DNA of 58,797 bases, filler included, from Basidiobolus ranarum (GCA_040143965.1; 8 parts of 8 records of this genome joined end to end with filler, not necessarily neighbours in it); one strand, 5' to 3'; positions 1 to 14,286 are shown, numbered from the whole stretch's first letter. Notes: a model not told the origin generated them from the letters alone. A program made the numbers and translations.

Positions 1-1276
1 ACCCCTCCCCAGAACGCCAGCATGGACACGTCTTCAGCGATATTACGAATGAATAACGCCCTACCAACGTTTTTGATGTACTCTTCATAGCTCCGCTCCA
101 TCCTAAAATATCGAACTAGAATCCGATGAAAGAACCTGGACATCCGGAATGGATAGTTGATCACCACCCACACCGACGATGATAATTGTATTAGAACAAA
201 TTGGTCGATAGATCGAAGACGAGCGAATAGGTTTCGGTTGAATATGAAGTAAATCATATAGAAATACAGTCGAAAGATATAACATAGCGCCCAAGACCGG
301 ATGCGAGTTTCTACTATATATTCTGTGATCCAATCCAAGGTGTATACTGTGATAACCCAAGAATATATGTATATGACCCCTGCCACTGAAGAACGCGAAT
401 GTGTATCAATAAACCAATGTGCGTAAGCCTCACCAAGTATAAAGCCTAATAGCGTAATAATTAAAGTGACGCAAAACCACAAATATCGTCGATAAGAAGA
501 AGGCATTCGTGAATCAATCTCGAGTAAAAACGTTTTTTGAGCAACAGTCAAGGATTTCCGAAACCGGTTTCGCTGTTGTAAACGCAATTGAACCAAGGCT
601 GTCACCATTGGAAAGGCCATAGTAACAAAAGTGAGCAAAACCCAAGTCATACGATATTGCTCTAATCCGGTAAAATAGTAAATAAAGGTTCCGGCACCCA
701 TGGAAAATAGCCAAGAAAATGTGTATGAAAGGACACCGCCTAAGGAACGTGGCCACCAGTTGAGAGAATACAAAATAAAAATTTGTGTAATGAATACAAG
801 GGCAATTGCGTTATAGAAGCCATAATAGAAGAACAAAAAGAACCAAAAGTTCATTTCACTTCCATCATCAGCTCTAGATGCTTCTCCTCCTATCTTTACC
901 ACAGGGAGAGGAGTAGCACACCATAAAAGGGTCTTTGGAAATCAACGATTAAGAGAGGCTGGGTTAGACTAAATCATCTAAACGTGAGTGAAGAAAGAGA
1001 GAAACTTACGACAGCAACCGGAAATATACATAATATAAGAAATCTTCTCCACATAGAGTTCGTCCATTCTGCTAGTTTTCGATAGAAGGTACGTTTGTCG
1101 CCGGTCAAGTTGATAGCTAGAAGAGGACTAGCTTCGCTGTAACCCCCAACAGAAGTGATGGATATTGAACGGTTTCTGGTGGTAGGGACGCTAGTTTGTC
1201 TGAAGGTAAGCATATCATCCCACCTGGGTAAATAGTCATTTTCAAGTTCGTCGATGGAATTCTGAGTGTAGTGCAT
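1..1276 (-). CDS. Multi-pass membrane protein of unknown function, 3'-truncated at the window edge
   Basis: Exon 1 1276-1010, GTAAG...AAG intron 1009-933, then an open frame to position 1 (TLLWCATPLP...NFWFFLFFYYGFYNAIAL...LYSLNWWP...YRRYLWFCVTL...RNLFARLRS) with many hydrophobic helices. The ORF track misses exon 2 because it has no stop in the window. Confidence 0.8.
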
Positions 1277-4200
1277 TTATTCCAAATATTACAGATTTAC
1301 ATAACTAACTGGAGTACGTTAGCTTAAGGTTACTGAAACCTGAATAGTAAGCAGCAGGTTTGTAAAATATAGAGTCGATTGAGGTAGACTGAGCTGCAAG
1401 GATAAGGGCAAGACAAGAGGTGAATAACACTGAAGAAAGATTTGTTGACTAAATGCGACTTCACAGCTATCAAAGATTTAATGGCTTTCCAGTTTCCAAG
1501 CTAGGTAGTACCTGTAATGTTCATATATATGTATATTATATATTATCACATTGCAGATGCTCGATGAGATTCAGATTAATTTTTATAATTGAATTTATAT
1601 TTGAGTTTGCGTGAAGGTATATTTAGTGTAAACAGTCGAAATAAGAGTAAAATAAAATTATTGGATGTTTGAAATTTGAGCATGGAGATCAGTCATAATC
1701 CTATTAAGGCCAAATACCCAATTTGGAAATGAGGAAATGAGATTCCTATGTGAGTATATGACTAGTACCCTGTGTGCAATATAGTTTGATTTTACTGAAT
1801 TCCAAATAGAGCAGGTGGTGAGGTAGAAGGTCAGTGATACCAAAGATGGTCGGGTAGAGGTTTCGATAACAAACGAGTTCTGAAGCACTCATGTAACATT
1901 TTGTTCATTCAATATAAACCTAAATTCGCTATCATTGTTACATTGCCATTGCCATTGCCGTTGCCTAGATAGTCTCAGGAGGCCGTCCATTGGTGGGTAG
2001 ATACATCAACAAACTGATTTGGGAAGTTGAGGCGAGGGATGGAGAAATTCCAGGGCACCACGTTATTGATATATTGGATTCGAATAACCCTAAGAAAATC
2101 AGCCGGATCGTGAACAGATTTGCATGCATAAAAGCAGTGAAACATTGGTAGCAAATGTAGTCGACTTCGGAATGGTTGACTTGAATCGCTTTGTATAATT
2201 ATTAGGGTTCAAACAACCCTTCTCCAAAGGCTGCTCAGGGATCCAACGTTTACAGAAGAGTGCTTATCTCGAATGCTGGTGCTTCATTTCACATGATTAA
2301 CTTATTTAGGCCTTACCCATTGTAAATATACACTAAATGAACAATGGATTGATGATTCTGATTAGCATGCAAGGAGTCATGAACGATGGGTATTCTGATT
2401 TCTCAACTGATGCCAATTTATCACCGTTCACTGCATTGATCTTCGACAGCGTCACCATGGCGATCACATGATATTCTCGCATGTGATGATGGCTTCGGAT
2501 AAGTTTCTGTTAAACAGGTCAATTTAAGTGGATCTATTAGTTGGGTCTGGGTGAGAGGCGATGACATCAATGCTCTGATTTCAAACACTTGAAGCAGGTT
2601 TCCCTAGTTTGTGTGGCACTCTACTTGATCAAATGCAGGATTAGCCTACAATTCTCTCCTTCATATCATTAAATCGACATCAGTTAGTGACATGGATATG
2701 TGATACCTCCTTTCATCGAGAAGTCTCTATGCTATTTGTGATTTGAAAGTACTTTCACTACTGGCAATGCTCTATCAAAGATTCAGTTCAAAAGTTGTTG
2801 TCATTGTTGTGGGAACCAAGCATTTCAGAAATAGACTATATATCTTAGTATACTCACACTTTGCATGTAAATCAATTGAACAGGTAATCTACCATCAAAA
2901 CTGGCTTGCCTTAGCCTGTACAATTTTTGTAAGGACATAAGGGCAATATGCCTTATCATCCAAATCAAAGAGGCACCAAAGATCTGTGACCATTTCCACA
3001 TATTAGTATACTTGACTAGTCAGTTGTGCTCGATTATACTGCTTGCTGAGTGCTGACAGGTGTCTTATTTTCAAAGGCTATATTGTAAAAGTTTGATCAC
3101 GAAAGCTCTGCCAATCTGTGGAATTATTTTGCCTTTAGAAGTTGGTACTGGTGGGTACTGTGTATCTCAGGGCCAAGTGGATATACAACACATTAGAGTG
3201 GGGAAATATTGGTTGCAAAGGCCCAAATGATTTGAGATTATGATTAATTCTTTTCAATGTATTGTGTATTCTTTATATTACCCAAGCCCAAGACTCATTC
3301 ATTTTGCTGAAAGGATGAACTTGCAACCCATTCATGAACTTGTTAATCAAAGAGAGAAAGCTTTAATAAATTGATCCTGTTTTCGTAACTAACAACCAAG
3401 ATCCTCCACTTTTTTCTCCACAGTGAAACAACAGCTTAGAAGTATGCATAGAATTTAGTAACTTTCGAATCAATAATAAACTAAATTTCTTTGTTTCCTC
3501 ACAGTTCGAGAATCAGGGGTGGAGAGACGCTTCCTCTGGATGAATTGATGTACGGAATAATATCCAGCAACACGGAGCAGGGAGATATTTCTATGCACTA
3601 GCTTACGATCATCAGCATACATTCATCGTCCTCTTCCGGTCCAATGATTGCGATTTATGAGGTTGATTAACGATGATTTGAACGTAGACAATCTCTTAGC
3701 CATGACAATATAGCCAGGTCATAATATAAAATACACCAATAGGATCGTGTACAAGTGAGGGTGCAAGCTAAAAGCAATCTATTAAAATAAATCACCAATA
3801 TATTATTGTGGCGAATATTCATTACAATAAGCCAGATCTGTACGTACCGTGCCGAAGTGAGGTGGTTTCATATCAATCGTCTTAGCCAGCTGGACCATGC
3901 CTACAACGCAGCCTCTCCTGTCTATATGTTATGATGGCCCCACGAAATTGGACGATCTAACCAAATGCCAATTTTAGCAGATCGAATTGAGCACTACTGC
4001 GAAATGTTCATTGTAGGTTATGATTCTCAACCCAAATGGCGTGATTAGTATGCAGATGCAAAGTGGGATTCAGGTCTACGCCATTTTGGATATCAATATG
4101 GATAGATGATACATCTGAAATCATTATATCGTCGCACTACTACAGTGGCCTTATCGCTAACTGATGGTCACTAAAGCTCATACATGTAATCATTGGCACA

Positions 4201-4749
4201 ATTGTTCATTTTGTTCAGAGAAAAGGCTCACATGGCCTGTCATTTAGAATGGTACATGTGGCAATATGGGCTACTGGAGGTTGATTCTAGCTATATGTGT
4301 GCTTATGCGCAGGCTTGCATAATATCAGAGATAATCTTTCAGACACATGCTATATCTCGGGAATGAGAGTAAAGGTATATGGGTCAACCATCGAGCCCCT
4401 TAGCTAACGATGAGGATTCCGTTTATTCATTGGAGCACTGTTTCTTAAGGTTTGGAGTAAATTTTATACAGAGAAGTAAAAGGGTTTGAAAATGGTATCC
4501 ATCCATGGCATACCTGGGTACATGCCATGAAGTAGATATTGTGATGCGGGAATAAGGCGATGATGAATGGTTAATGAGTGATAACAAGGTTAGAACCATC
4601 AATGGACCACGGATGTGATAGGGTTATTAAGCGCAAGTGATTGATGAGTTAGATGAGTAATAATAGTTAAGTGTCGAAAAGTAACTAGGATATGGGGCTA
4701 GACCAGGTATTTTACGATGATAATATCACATCGTTGCTGAGAAGTCATT

Positions 4750-6114
4750 TTACATGGAGTTACGGCGGATTCGACGACGACGACAAGAAACCGGTTCGGA
4801 TAATTCGGAGGCTTCTGATAAATATTCAATTTTTCCATCGTCTCTGTTCTCCAGTTCATTGCTTGAAAGCTCTGTTCGTCGTTCTGGGCATATGTGCTCC
4901 ATTATATTGCCTACCTGTCCACTGGCTAGGTCAATGAGATACCTATCCAGTAGTAACACTCCCAAAGCAAAAAGTAAGGTCCAATATATCATGGATACTA
5001 CCGCTCTACTATGTCCATATACACCGACCACTCCTTCCGACTCGGTACAGTTACTAGTCAAGGAATCTGATGAATCTATTGATCCAGTGGAGTCTCCTCG
5101 GTGCGGCAGCAAATTTGGTAACACTAGTTTGCGTGGGATTTGATAAGGCTCTTGTTCTTGGCCATCCATGACCACTTGACACCAGAACCTTATTTCTGTA
5201 GTATCCCTTTTTACTGAGCTGACTTCGGGCATAGGTGGTTGAAATTTCGCGGCCTCAGACAACTCATTTGTCACCTCAGCTCTGATCTCCTCTTTCAATT
5301 TTTGACGAATAGGTATGAGAAGAGCAGCCGATGATGCCAGTTCCTCATCCGTATCCTCAGAATAGTTAATTTCTAGAGGCGGTGGAGTGGCAATGGCTGT
5401 TTGAGCGTCGTTCAAGAGACCATCGAGCATATTGCACACTCGATTGTATCCAGTATCATCATCACAGGGTTCCTCCACAGTGGGTTCACAAAGTTCAGCA
5501 GAATCCGGCTGCAAAATGGATGTTTCCTGAGGTAGCTACATAAAATAAGGCTAAGTAAAATATTTTACCTAAAGAAATAGATAGCGAGAAATAATACCAG
5601 TTCATTTAGTTTTTGAGATATTTTAGGAGTTGGCTCCTGGCCATCCAAATGAATAATAGATTTACTGATTCTATTAGATTAATGAAATAATGTAAGTATT
5701 ACGTGTGATAAATGACCGATAGTGGGTAATAAAGAAATGGAAATTACTCTGAGAGATGGGTTTTTACGTCCTTGTAAGCTAAACTTTGGGATTCCAACAT
5801 AGTATGCATGGTGGAACATAGACTTTCCAAGTGAACCATCTAATTATGAAAAAAATAAAGTCATTTAACGTTATGGACAATATGAAAGCCAGGAAAGCAT
5901 GTCTAAAAGTGAAATAGTATACTTTTTCTATTATTGGATTTTCTATCACTGAAGTGTCCGGGTTATGTTTTTTTGGCATAACAACATTTAGAGAAATGGG
6001 TTCAACTTTCTCCAAGCTTGATTTATGCTCACCAATGATAGTTGAATACGCTGGTGGTAATTCAACATGAGGCTTGAGATCCTCCAGTATATTGTTTATT
6101 CTATCAACGTTCAT
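4750..6114 (-). CDS. Hypothetical multi-exon protein with acidic low-complexity region and a C-terminal transmembrane helix
   Basis: ORFs 6114-5779 and 5514-4750 are separated by AT-rich segments with GT/AG signals (e.g. TTTATGTAG acceptor near 5536). Hydrophobic VVSMIYWTLLFALGVLLL lies near the C-terminus. Internal exon boundaries were not fully resolved. Confidence 0.6.
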
Positions 6115-7278
6115 GTAGAAGAATATTCAACTTGAGGTGTTATGAGGGTGTTTTGAGGTATGTAAATAATAAAAGAAGAGGAAAGCGTAGTTTCTAAATG
6201 TCAATAGTGCTTGAGGGAAAATGTTAAGTAACAAGCGAGAGAAAGTTACTGATGAATTGAAATATCAAAAAGCTCACGTACCATTTTCCTAGAAATTGCC
6301 AAGACTTACTCTTAAATATATGTAGACGACTCGATAATTTTAATGGTTCCAACCTTCATTGTCATGCCCATGGTTGGATCAAACCATGATCCATTTGCTA
6401 CTTCGATATGCAGCGATTCATGTGAGATTCTCTATTGTTTTATTATCTATTTGATTTTTGATATTAGCTTGTGCAATTGAATTCACTGCTTAATTATTAA
6501 GGAGTGTAAGTAGTGAGTTGCATCTAGTACAAACCAAACTCTTAAATCCCAAAATCGAAGTGGAATCCCTTGATTGATTGAGACAATTCACCAGGATTCG
6601 CCTGATACCGGTATGGATACTTTCGAATCTTCACATAGTATGTAGTTATTAGAGTAGCAGCCAACAACCCATGTTCTGTTTAAGTGAATGTCAAGTGTGG
6701 TAACGTTGGGAGCCCTAGCCGAGTTTACACTAATGAGATGTTTTGGGCATTTTACATTGGTGCATGGATTCTACAAGTTCAATACAGGTGTGCAAATTCC
6801 CCTTGTGCTAGTCGTATTCTAAAATGAAATATCCGGTTTTCCAAGTTCACTCATTCGGCCAATAACTCCTGTTATTTACTAGAGCAATATCTCTGTGTTC
6901 TCCAGTAATATATGGTGCCAACTAGGATCCGTAACCGGAATAGAAACTGGTTGGTTTCTCATTGAGATACTTGTTAGCTTAGCAATGGACCTTAGGATAC
7001 AAATGACGTTGTGGCTTTTGGCACACTGCATAGCGATAGAGGAATGGCCGGAGCTAGTCTGAAAAGCTCCAAGTATAGCGAACATCCATGCTAGTCATGA
7101 GTTTGATGACAAGAATGAGATAAAGAAGCATCATTCCTGACGTAACAACTCAGTAGTGACATTCGACTGATCTGATGAATGATTCTTAACAGCAGTCACA
7201 GGATCAGCTTCGAATTATCCTAGCTTATTTCGTTTGATGTGGCAACACATAGCTCATCAATACCAAACAAGCATCTTC

Positions 7279-7378
7279 NNNNNNNNNNNNNNNNNNNNNN
7301 NNNNNNNNNNNNNNNNNNNNNNTTAATTAATTAANNNNNNNNNNNNNNNNNNNNNNNNNNNNNNNNNNNNNNNNNNNN
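7279..7378. other. Artificial contig linker
   Basis: 44 N + TTAATTAATTAA (stops in six frames) + 44 N. Confidence 0.99.
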
Positions 7379-8719
7379 CTAAAAAATGACGATGGAAAGA
7401 TGTTGCTTGTTATCAGTAGCAGAAGACATGATTTAAGGTGGTGCTTGGACGATAATTTGTCAAGAGACGAAGTGTCAATCTGTCACAGCTTCAGTATTTA
7501 AACAACATTTGACGTAAGCTTCGGTAAAAAAAAAATCATTACCTTTTTCCACACTGGGGTAATCCCGAAACCCCTGGACATTATTTTATCGCGGCTCCAC
7601 TGAATTCATTGGATTGGGGTTTTACCCAATAGATTGCTGCTTCCTTCTCACACCTATATTATCCATATTTGAAGTCTGGAATGAATATATAAAATATATT
7701 CAATATAAATATACAACTTTCCTATCGGATACTTCATTTTTTAGATATGAACAAACTAGAAAAATGGATAGTAATTTTGGGGTAATTTACTGTGGCAGTT
7801 GAACAAATAAGGATATTAACAGTTTTATCAAGCATTTTATTGGATGAAAGCGCATAAATTTGGCATTTTGAGCTCTATGTCCAAGCTATCAATGATCTTA
7901 TCAAGTTATGATTGTGCTTGCGTGGCTCAAAAACAATATGATTTCCAAATTGAAAATTTTAAGGTAACACTACACCATATGAAGGGTTTTCATTCGTTAC
8001 ATCATGTTTTACACAGAGCACAAGCTTAACCAATGTCTAGAACTTGAATCGCTTCGATATCCTAATGGAAATGTTTGTGGTGTGTAGACACTATGAAGGG
8101 GTGCCATGAAAAGAATTCAATTTATTGAAGTTCCACCGGATTATTATTAATCAGAAAAGCTATAATATTGGTATAATCCTCCATTATACCCATTTTATTT
8201 ATTCAGTTTACTTTAGAATTGTAGACAATAGATGTTCCAAAATACTTTTTCTGTCAATTCAAGTATAAATGAGAAGGGTTTAGATGGATAATGTAGTTGC
8301 CATTATCAGTGTTCCACCAATGTTAGCGAGTTTGAATCCCTCTTGAACCTAGAACACATACAACAGCGAGCAAGAGTAGAGCGATTTTTTAGATACAATC
8401 CATTTGTTTATTGTTGCCACCAATTAGTTATTTTGACATGGAGCATATTGCTGATGAAGCTAGCGAATATCGTATTGAATTCATAGAGTGGTCTCAGGAA
8501 GGCTCATTTCAGCTTATATTAAGAAGGGTTTTAGTTGTATTTCAGTTGTCTATCAGGTCGAATCCCCTATGTTTAGATAACTGCACATATGGTTGATCTT
8601 CAACGCTGTGATGAGATTATAGACATAGTGGTGAGGAACGGAAAATTCAAAGGTGGAAAGTACTCTCGACTGTTTCTATTTTATTAATTCACTACTTAAA
8701 ATACTAGGCTATGATATTG

Positions 8720-9370
8720 TTATAAAACATGGATAGTGATAAAGTTCGCAGCCACAACAGTAAATATCATCGCACAAATGGATAGGGAAGAGGCCTCACT
8801 GTTGAAATCGAGTTTATAACGATCCGGTAGTTGCGCCATTTTTGATGGTTGACTCCAAACCGATGGTTTCCCGATAACTGAAAGATGAACACTTCTAATG
8901 GAGCTGCTCGCTTTTGGAGATGGATTCTCTGAAATTTTAGATGTCCGTGAGCTACTATCGTCACTAGTGGTTGCAGCTGTTGTGATCGTAGGATAGGTAG
9001 TAGATACTTCCAGAGCTATGGTTTTACTTGTAACAATCTCACTTGATACCGGAGTTGGACTCATTATTTGCGTACTTGACACACTGGTGGTAAACCACCT
9101 TGAGGTAGTACTTTTACTACTACTGCTGCCGCTAAATGATGACTTTGAATTCCAATGAGCAGTCACTGTATCCTCATTCTGATTGAGATCCTCGTCTATC
9201 TCAGCTTCATTATCATCATCAGGTTCCGAGTCACCAAGTTTGAGAAAATTCTCATTACTGCGTATGTTGAGCGAATGGTATGGCGATATATTGTGAGACT
9301 CCGCCAGCTTGGAGGCACTCGAAGTTTCGATCAGAACCAATATAAAAAATAATACTATCCAATGTGACAT
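8720..9370 (-). CDS. Secreted Ser/Thr-rich cell-surface protein, probably GPI-anchored
   Basis: Signal peptide MSHWIVLFFILVLIETSSA, acidic patch, Ser/Thr-rich body, then small residues (NSEASS) followed by a hydrophobic tail LSICAMIFTVVAANFITIHVL. Confidence 0.75.
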   Translation of the reverse strand: MSHWIVLFFILVLIETSSASKLAESHNISPYHSLNIRSNENFLKLGDSEPDDDNEAEIDEDLNQNEDTVTAHWNSKSSFSGSSSSKSTTSRWFTTSVSSTQIMSPTPVSSEIVTSKTIALEVSTTYPTITTAATTSDDSSSRTSKISENPSPKASSSIRSVHLSVIGKPSVWSQPSKMAQLPDRYKLDFNSEASSLSICAMIFTVVAANFITIHVL

Positions 9371-10554
9371 CTTTAGGAAAATCAGAGTTTTCTTAAGAGA
9401 AATGAGCTAACGCCAAGGGTTGTATTTACTAGCTAGATGAATGATTACCTCAGTCTACTGGGTTAAATTGTCAGATACAGATATAAGCATAGCGGAACTC
9501 GAATGGCTGGGCTTTTTTATATCTAAGTCTACCTGCCACCAGATGCTGCAGTGGAATTTTTTAACGAAGGAATATTATTGCGCGTCAGCATGGCTTATGG
9601 TATCTACGCTTTAACTCTACACATCTGGGTATCGATCGGAACTTAATAAATACTAGTCAATACATAAATTTGCAAAAGGTAGATTCTACAAGCAAAATCA
9701 ACAGGATGTCTTTGTCGACCACACTGTTACAAAATGCGATCGTATCTGTGTAACAATTGGTTGTGGCTTGTACTCTTTATTTCTGTAGCATGCTTCCTCG
9801 TACAAGCGATGAAGACCGTTGTATAAAATCGATCAAACATGGCGCCTTGGTTTCAAGGATGTGAATGTTGTCGTCACCAAATTTCATCGTTTTGGGTACA
9901 TTGTAATATTCACCTGGACTACTTTTCTTGATAGATCAGATATTTCTGGGGTTTGCCAATCAGAATGAGCATGTGGTAGGCAACGCAGTTTTTCCTCATC
10001 ACAAATACTAATGACCATATTTGGCTTTCAGACCCTGGAAATATTAATACTTCAGCGAAGGTGGTTAGGCCCAACCTTGCAGATGACAGTTATAATTCGC
10101 CGCTATAAACAAGATAGAGTGATGGTTTGCTCCACAGATGGGGAAATGGAGATATGCATATTCGGAATACTATCTTACATAATGTATGCAATGCAAGGGT
10201 CTGCGGAACAAATAGAAATTATTCTTGTTCGCAAAGGTTTGGGTCAATGTGAGTATTAGATATTGCTATTATATCTTCATGTATAATATTGTCTTTAAGT
10301 TTTACCTTGTTCCTCTTCTATCTCTTTTTTTACGCTTCCAAACGCTTTTTACTACACAATGAATTTTTTCTCTAAACATTTATTTTATATTATATATATT
10401 ATAGGTAGTTATATTGCTAAAAAGTAAGAGAAAGTGAGGGAAGAATATAGGGAGATATGAAGATACACGGTAGACAGGAAAAAGCGTTTCAAAATATTTT
10501 TCAATTCTCCCCAATTTTTTTTAAAAATGTCCCAAACCCAACCTAAAATACTGT

Positions 10555-10647
10555 AGTAAGATCAGCGTATACCACTTCCGAACCAGTGTGCAGAGCTTAT
10601 AGGGCCTAACACGAGGATCCTCTTGACAATGAGAGTGCGGGGCTAGA
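10555..10647 (+). repeat. Diverged ~90-bp direct repeat, copy 1 (copy 2 at 12192-12277)
   Basis: Shared blocks AGTAAGATCAG, GTGCAGAG and TCTTGAC..GAGAGTGCGG.GC.AGA in the same order and with similar spacing. Confidence 0.7.
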
Positions 10648-10912
10648 TACGATAATATTCGCAAGATAATTCATATGCCACAATATGATCGTATTGAGCC
10701 AGTACACAGAATCACCGAATCCGAAATACATGCATTTACTAATTCTAAGACCATTGGTCCGTTTTACATCACGAGTTTGTACAAGAACATCAAGATTGAC
10801 TTGAATTAAAGCAATATTTATTCATCAATTTGAGGAGTTACGAAGCGGACAGCAACCGAGATTCAAATTCAAAATTTACAAATGAATTGGCCTGCTATGA
10901 CATTTTCACGAT

Positions 10913-11380
10913 TTAGGCAAGGCTGAGAACGTAATAGATGTTCGACGATTTGGATTTACCGCCATATCCGAAAACCATCCCTTCCTCGAGATGGGGCCCA
11001 GATTTGCCGACCTGTTCACCACCTTCGAAACGAGTTTTGGTAATATAGAGTTCCTGACCATCGGCTTCTCGGCCACCTTCTAGAGGCGTAAAGTTTTCGG
11101 CAATAGCTGGTCCACTATGTTCAACCCAACGGAGTTGATTGCCATCCCCGCAAAGAACGTAATAGTCAGGGAGGATAACTTCCTTATTTGCATAAGAGAT
11201 AGACAGTCCTTTAACATGCTCAGCAACTTTGCCAATCTGAAGGCCTCCCTCGTACTTCTGGCGACCAATATATAGGGGCTTTCCATCAGCTTCGACACCA
11301 CCTTGAACAGCATTGGGGGGGATTTGCCCATCCTTGGCATAAACCCATTGTACAGCTGGATGAGATTGAGCAGATGACAT
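10913..11380 (-). CDS. DM9-repeat (DUF3421) protein, lectin-like
   Basis: Two repeats of the DM9 pattern: WV...GQIPPNAVQGGVEADGKPLYIGR...IGKV...YYVL and WV...PLEGGREADGQELYITK...VGK...YYVL. Intronless, no signal peptide. Confidence 0.88.
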   Translation of the reverse strand: MSSAQSHPAVQWVYAKDGQIPPNAVQGGVEADGKPLYIGRQKYEGGLQIGKVAEHVKGLSISYANKEVILPDYYVLCGDGNQLRWVEHSGPAIAENFTPLEGGREADGQELYITKTRFEGGEQVGKSGPHLEEGMVFGYGGKSKSSNIYYVLSLA

Positions 11381-12191
11381 TACTATTGAGTATTAGGCTT
11401 ACAAACAAGAGGTAGTTTGACTGTCGATTCGTTATTTTCTTATCCTATTTATATTAGCATTTGGGACAACTATGAAGTGTCGTCACCAATAGACAGTTAT
11501 GATGGATTACCTTTGTGGTTTACTTAGTGATAAAGAAGGCACTCTATTGGGCCAAGAAAGCATAATCAGGTGGCTGAGCAGTCGGTATTGTATGGCTTAG
11601 TGTTAATTTCAAGTAAACTCGAATTGAAACTCGTCTACAAAAGCCGATATTTTAGTACAGTAGATTTGATATATTTGATGACGCAACAAAGCATCTATGC
11701 ACATTTTGCTTGGGTTCATAGAGTGCTGATTGATATTCCAAGTCCACGTAAACAATCCCCTATTAAACAGTATGACAACTTAATCCGATTCAGGAGATTC
11801 ACCAGATTTAGTCGCCAGAATTGTCATTTCAAGTTCACTTTGCCTGTTTTAAAAAGTTCGGGGTTTAGTTATTACTGGGTATTGCCGCATGCGTTATCTT
11901 CTCATCTACTGCATGGACTAAACAGTGTGAATATAAAGATGCAAACATAGCCTTGCTATCTCTACTTGATACCTAGTTACTTTTAAATTATCTATATGTT
12001 CTGACGTCAATCCAACCATCCAGAAGACTCAGTTTAGCGGGTGATGGTATATGATCATAGGCAATGAAGGGCAAATATATACTCTGAGTTCGTACTACAA
12101 TCCAGAGCTGCATGGTCTATGAAATGGACTCAAATTAATGATCTTGCTCTTTGCAATCGGATTAGATATTAATATTATTAAGCTCTGTGAG

Positions 12192-12277
12192 AGTAAGATC
12201 AGAGCTACCATAGCAACGTGCAGAGTTTAGAAGGCCAAACAAGGTGATTCTCTTGACGACGAGAGTGCGGAGCCAGA
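12192..12277 (+). repeat. Diverged ~90-bp direct repeat, copy 2
   Basis: Aligns by eye with 10555-10647. Confidence 0.7.
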
Positions 12278-12682
12278 AGGGAGTAGTCTGATGCCAAACT
12301 TAACGTTGTTTTAGGTTTTAGTTCACAAAAAACAATTTGGAGAACCTGGTTTTTTTTAAACAATGGAACTTATATCTTCATTATGGGATATTTTTTATTA
12401 TTGCTAAGCGGATCGATGGAGGCAATCATCGTTGCATAAAAGATAAAAACTAAGCATTGAGATATTTACCATTATTCTGCAGTCTCGGGCTGCTAATGCC
12501 CGATTCATCTGAAGCTGACTTTCGAAAAAATACCTTCAGTTATACTTCCAAAGGTTGAATCCTAATAGAAACATACTTTATTTTCAGTAATTAGCCAAGA
12601 GATTAGCTCGGATTTCTACATTATAGCAGCGTGAGGAGAATCGAAGGAATATGGTTGAGGATTACATATCAGAAAGTGAGAT

Positions 12683-14286
12683 TTAATAACTTCTGCCAAA
12701 AAGAGTCCATCGTTTAGCATCAGAGTCATAGACAGCACACTTGGATGCAAAGAGACTTGGCACCCATTGAAGGTGCTCTTTCGTCTTCCTCCTCTCCTTC
12801 CCGTTCATTACGTGAACTACTCTTTTTAATTTCTTCTTCACATCGAGTTTCCTCACACCAAGGTATCATAACAAAGCATTGAGAATTCAAAGCAGGAACA
12901 AAGTATTTCCATTCAGTGACATACTTGATGTGTGAGTCACGGACACTTTTGGCATTTTCGAACATTTCTTTTTGAATAGTTTGCAGAGGAATTGGAATAT
13001 CAACAGTAAGTGATGTTATTGCAATGGGGGCTTTCTTTCCATTGTCACGACGAACAGCTAGAGTGGATTTCTGGGCAAGATCCATGGGGCCAACTTCGAG
13101 ACGAAGAGGAGTACCTCGAAGTTCCCAGTGATTAAATTTGTATCCTGGGGTATAAGTTCTCTCAAGTCAGCTTTTGCTCTGATACCAGCGGTCTTGAGAA
13201 TTCTAACTACTTCTTTAGCGCCTTCCTCCACAGCAAGTCTATCTGCATCAGTACTCTGGACAGTAAGGCCACATGGAACAACGACGACTTGGGTAGAGGC
13301 TACCCTAGGTGGGATGATCAACCCCTTGTCATCACCGTGTACCATAACCATAACGCTAATAGTACGAGTAGTAAGACCCCAGGTGTTTTGCCAAACAAAC
13401 AGTTTCTTGACTTCGGATTTATCACTGGCATTAGCAGGCGCATTGGGATCTTCAACGGTGATATTGAACATCTTGTCGAAATTTTGACCCAAACAATGAC
13501 TAGTAGCACCTTGAATACCACGACCAGTAGTTGGGATAAAGCCTACAGTAGTCGTATAGAGACCACCAGTAAACTTCTCCTTCTCAGATTTAATATCTTT
13601 AATAACAGGAACAGCCAGTAGTTCTTCATAGACTTGATGGTAAAGGTTCAATATTTGGTAAACTTCCTCACTGGCAAGCTCTTTTGTTAAATGGGCAGTA
13701 TGACCCTCTTGCCAAAGGAATTCTCTGATACGAAGGAAAGGTTGAGGATGTTTAAATTCCCAACGTACAGCATTGTATCATTGATTAATTCTAAGAGGGA
13801 GATCTCGATGACTACGAATCCACTTTGCGAAGTAAGGATACATGACAGTTTCGGAAGCAGGACGAATAGCAATAGGTTCATCCAAGTTAGAAGAGCCAGC
13901 TCTAGTGACCCAAGCGACCTCTAAAGCAAGAAATTAAATGAAACGAACATAGGGAAGTAGGCGTTTTCCACTCCTAACTCTTGTATCTCAGCATCGAAAA
14001 AGTCGGAAATATACTTCCAAATACTATATGCTAAAGGTCTAATAATATAACATCCACTGACATCGTAATATTCTAACATTTCACTCTTGGTAATAACTTG
14101 TTGATACCATTTGGAGAAGGTAACATCTTTTTTATATTCGATACCAATCTTTACTGTGTCCTCATCAGGGTTAGTTTTTCGAATTTTAGCTGCAGGCTTG
14201 GATGTGTTGGATTGCTGGCGTTTAACAGCAAGCGACTTCACGGGCAAAGTTTCGAAGTCAATTTCAATGAATTTGATACCCAGGCC
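12683..14286 (-). pseudogene. Cytosolic prolyl-tRNA synthetase pseudogene
   Basis: Eukaryotic ProRS motifs ([59 protein letters not shown], terminal WTLFGRSY*) are split over several frames. In-frame TGA at the conserved NQW Trp (~13778), deletion after MFVS (~13930), frameshift near 13150 and a disrupted C-terminal region near 12745. Confidence 0.9.

Noticed and set aside
2700-3400. Possible decayed gag-like sequence
   Set aside because: CpG-poor with a KFMNGL-like fragment on the minus strand, but too degenerate to call.
7323-7334. TTAATTAATTAA recurring about every 7.36 kb, as a possible biological periodic repeat
   Set aside because: Always centred in N runs; it is a synthetic six-frame-stop linker.
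13776-13780. In-frame TGA at a conserved Trp of ProRS as evidence for stop-codon reassignment
   Set aside because: The same gene has frameshifts and deletions, and TGA terminates intact genes here (FMN reductase, kinase); pseudogenisation explains it.
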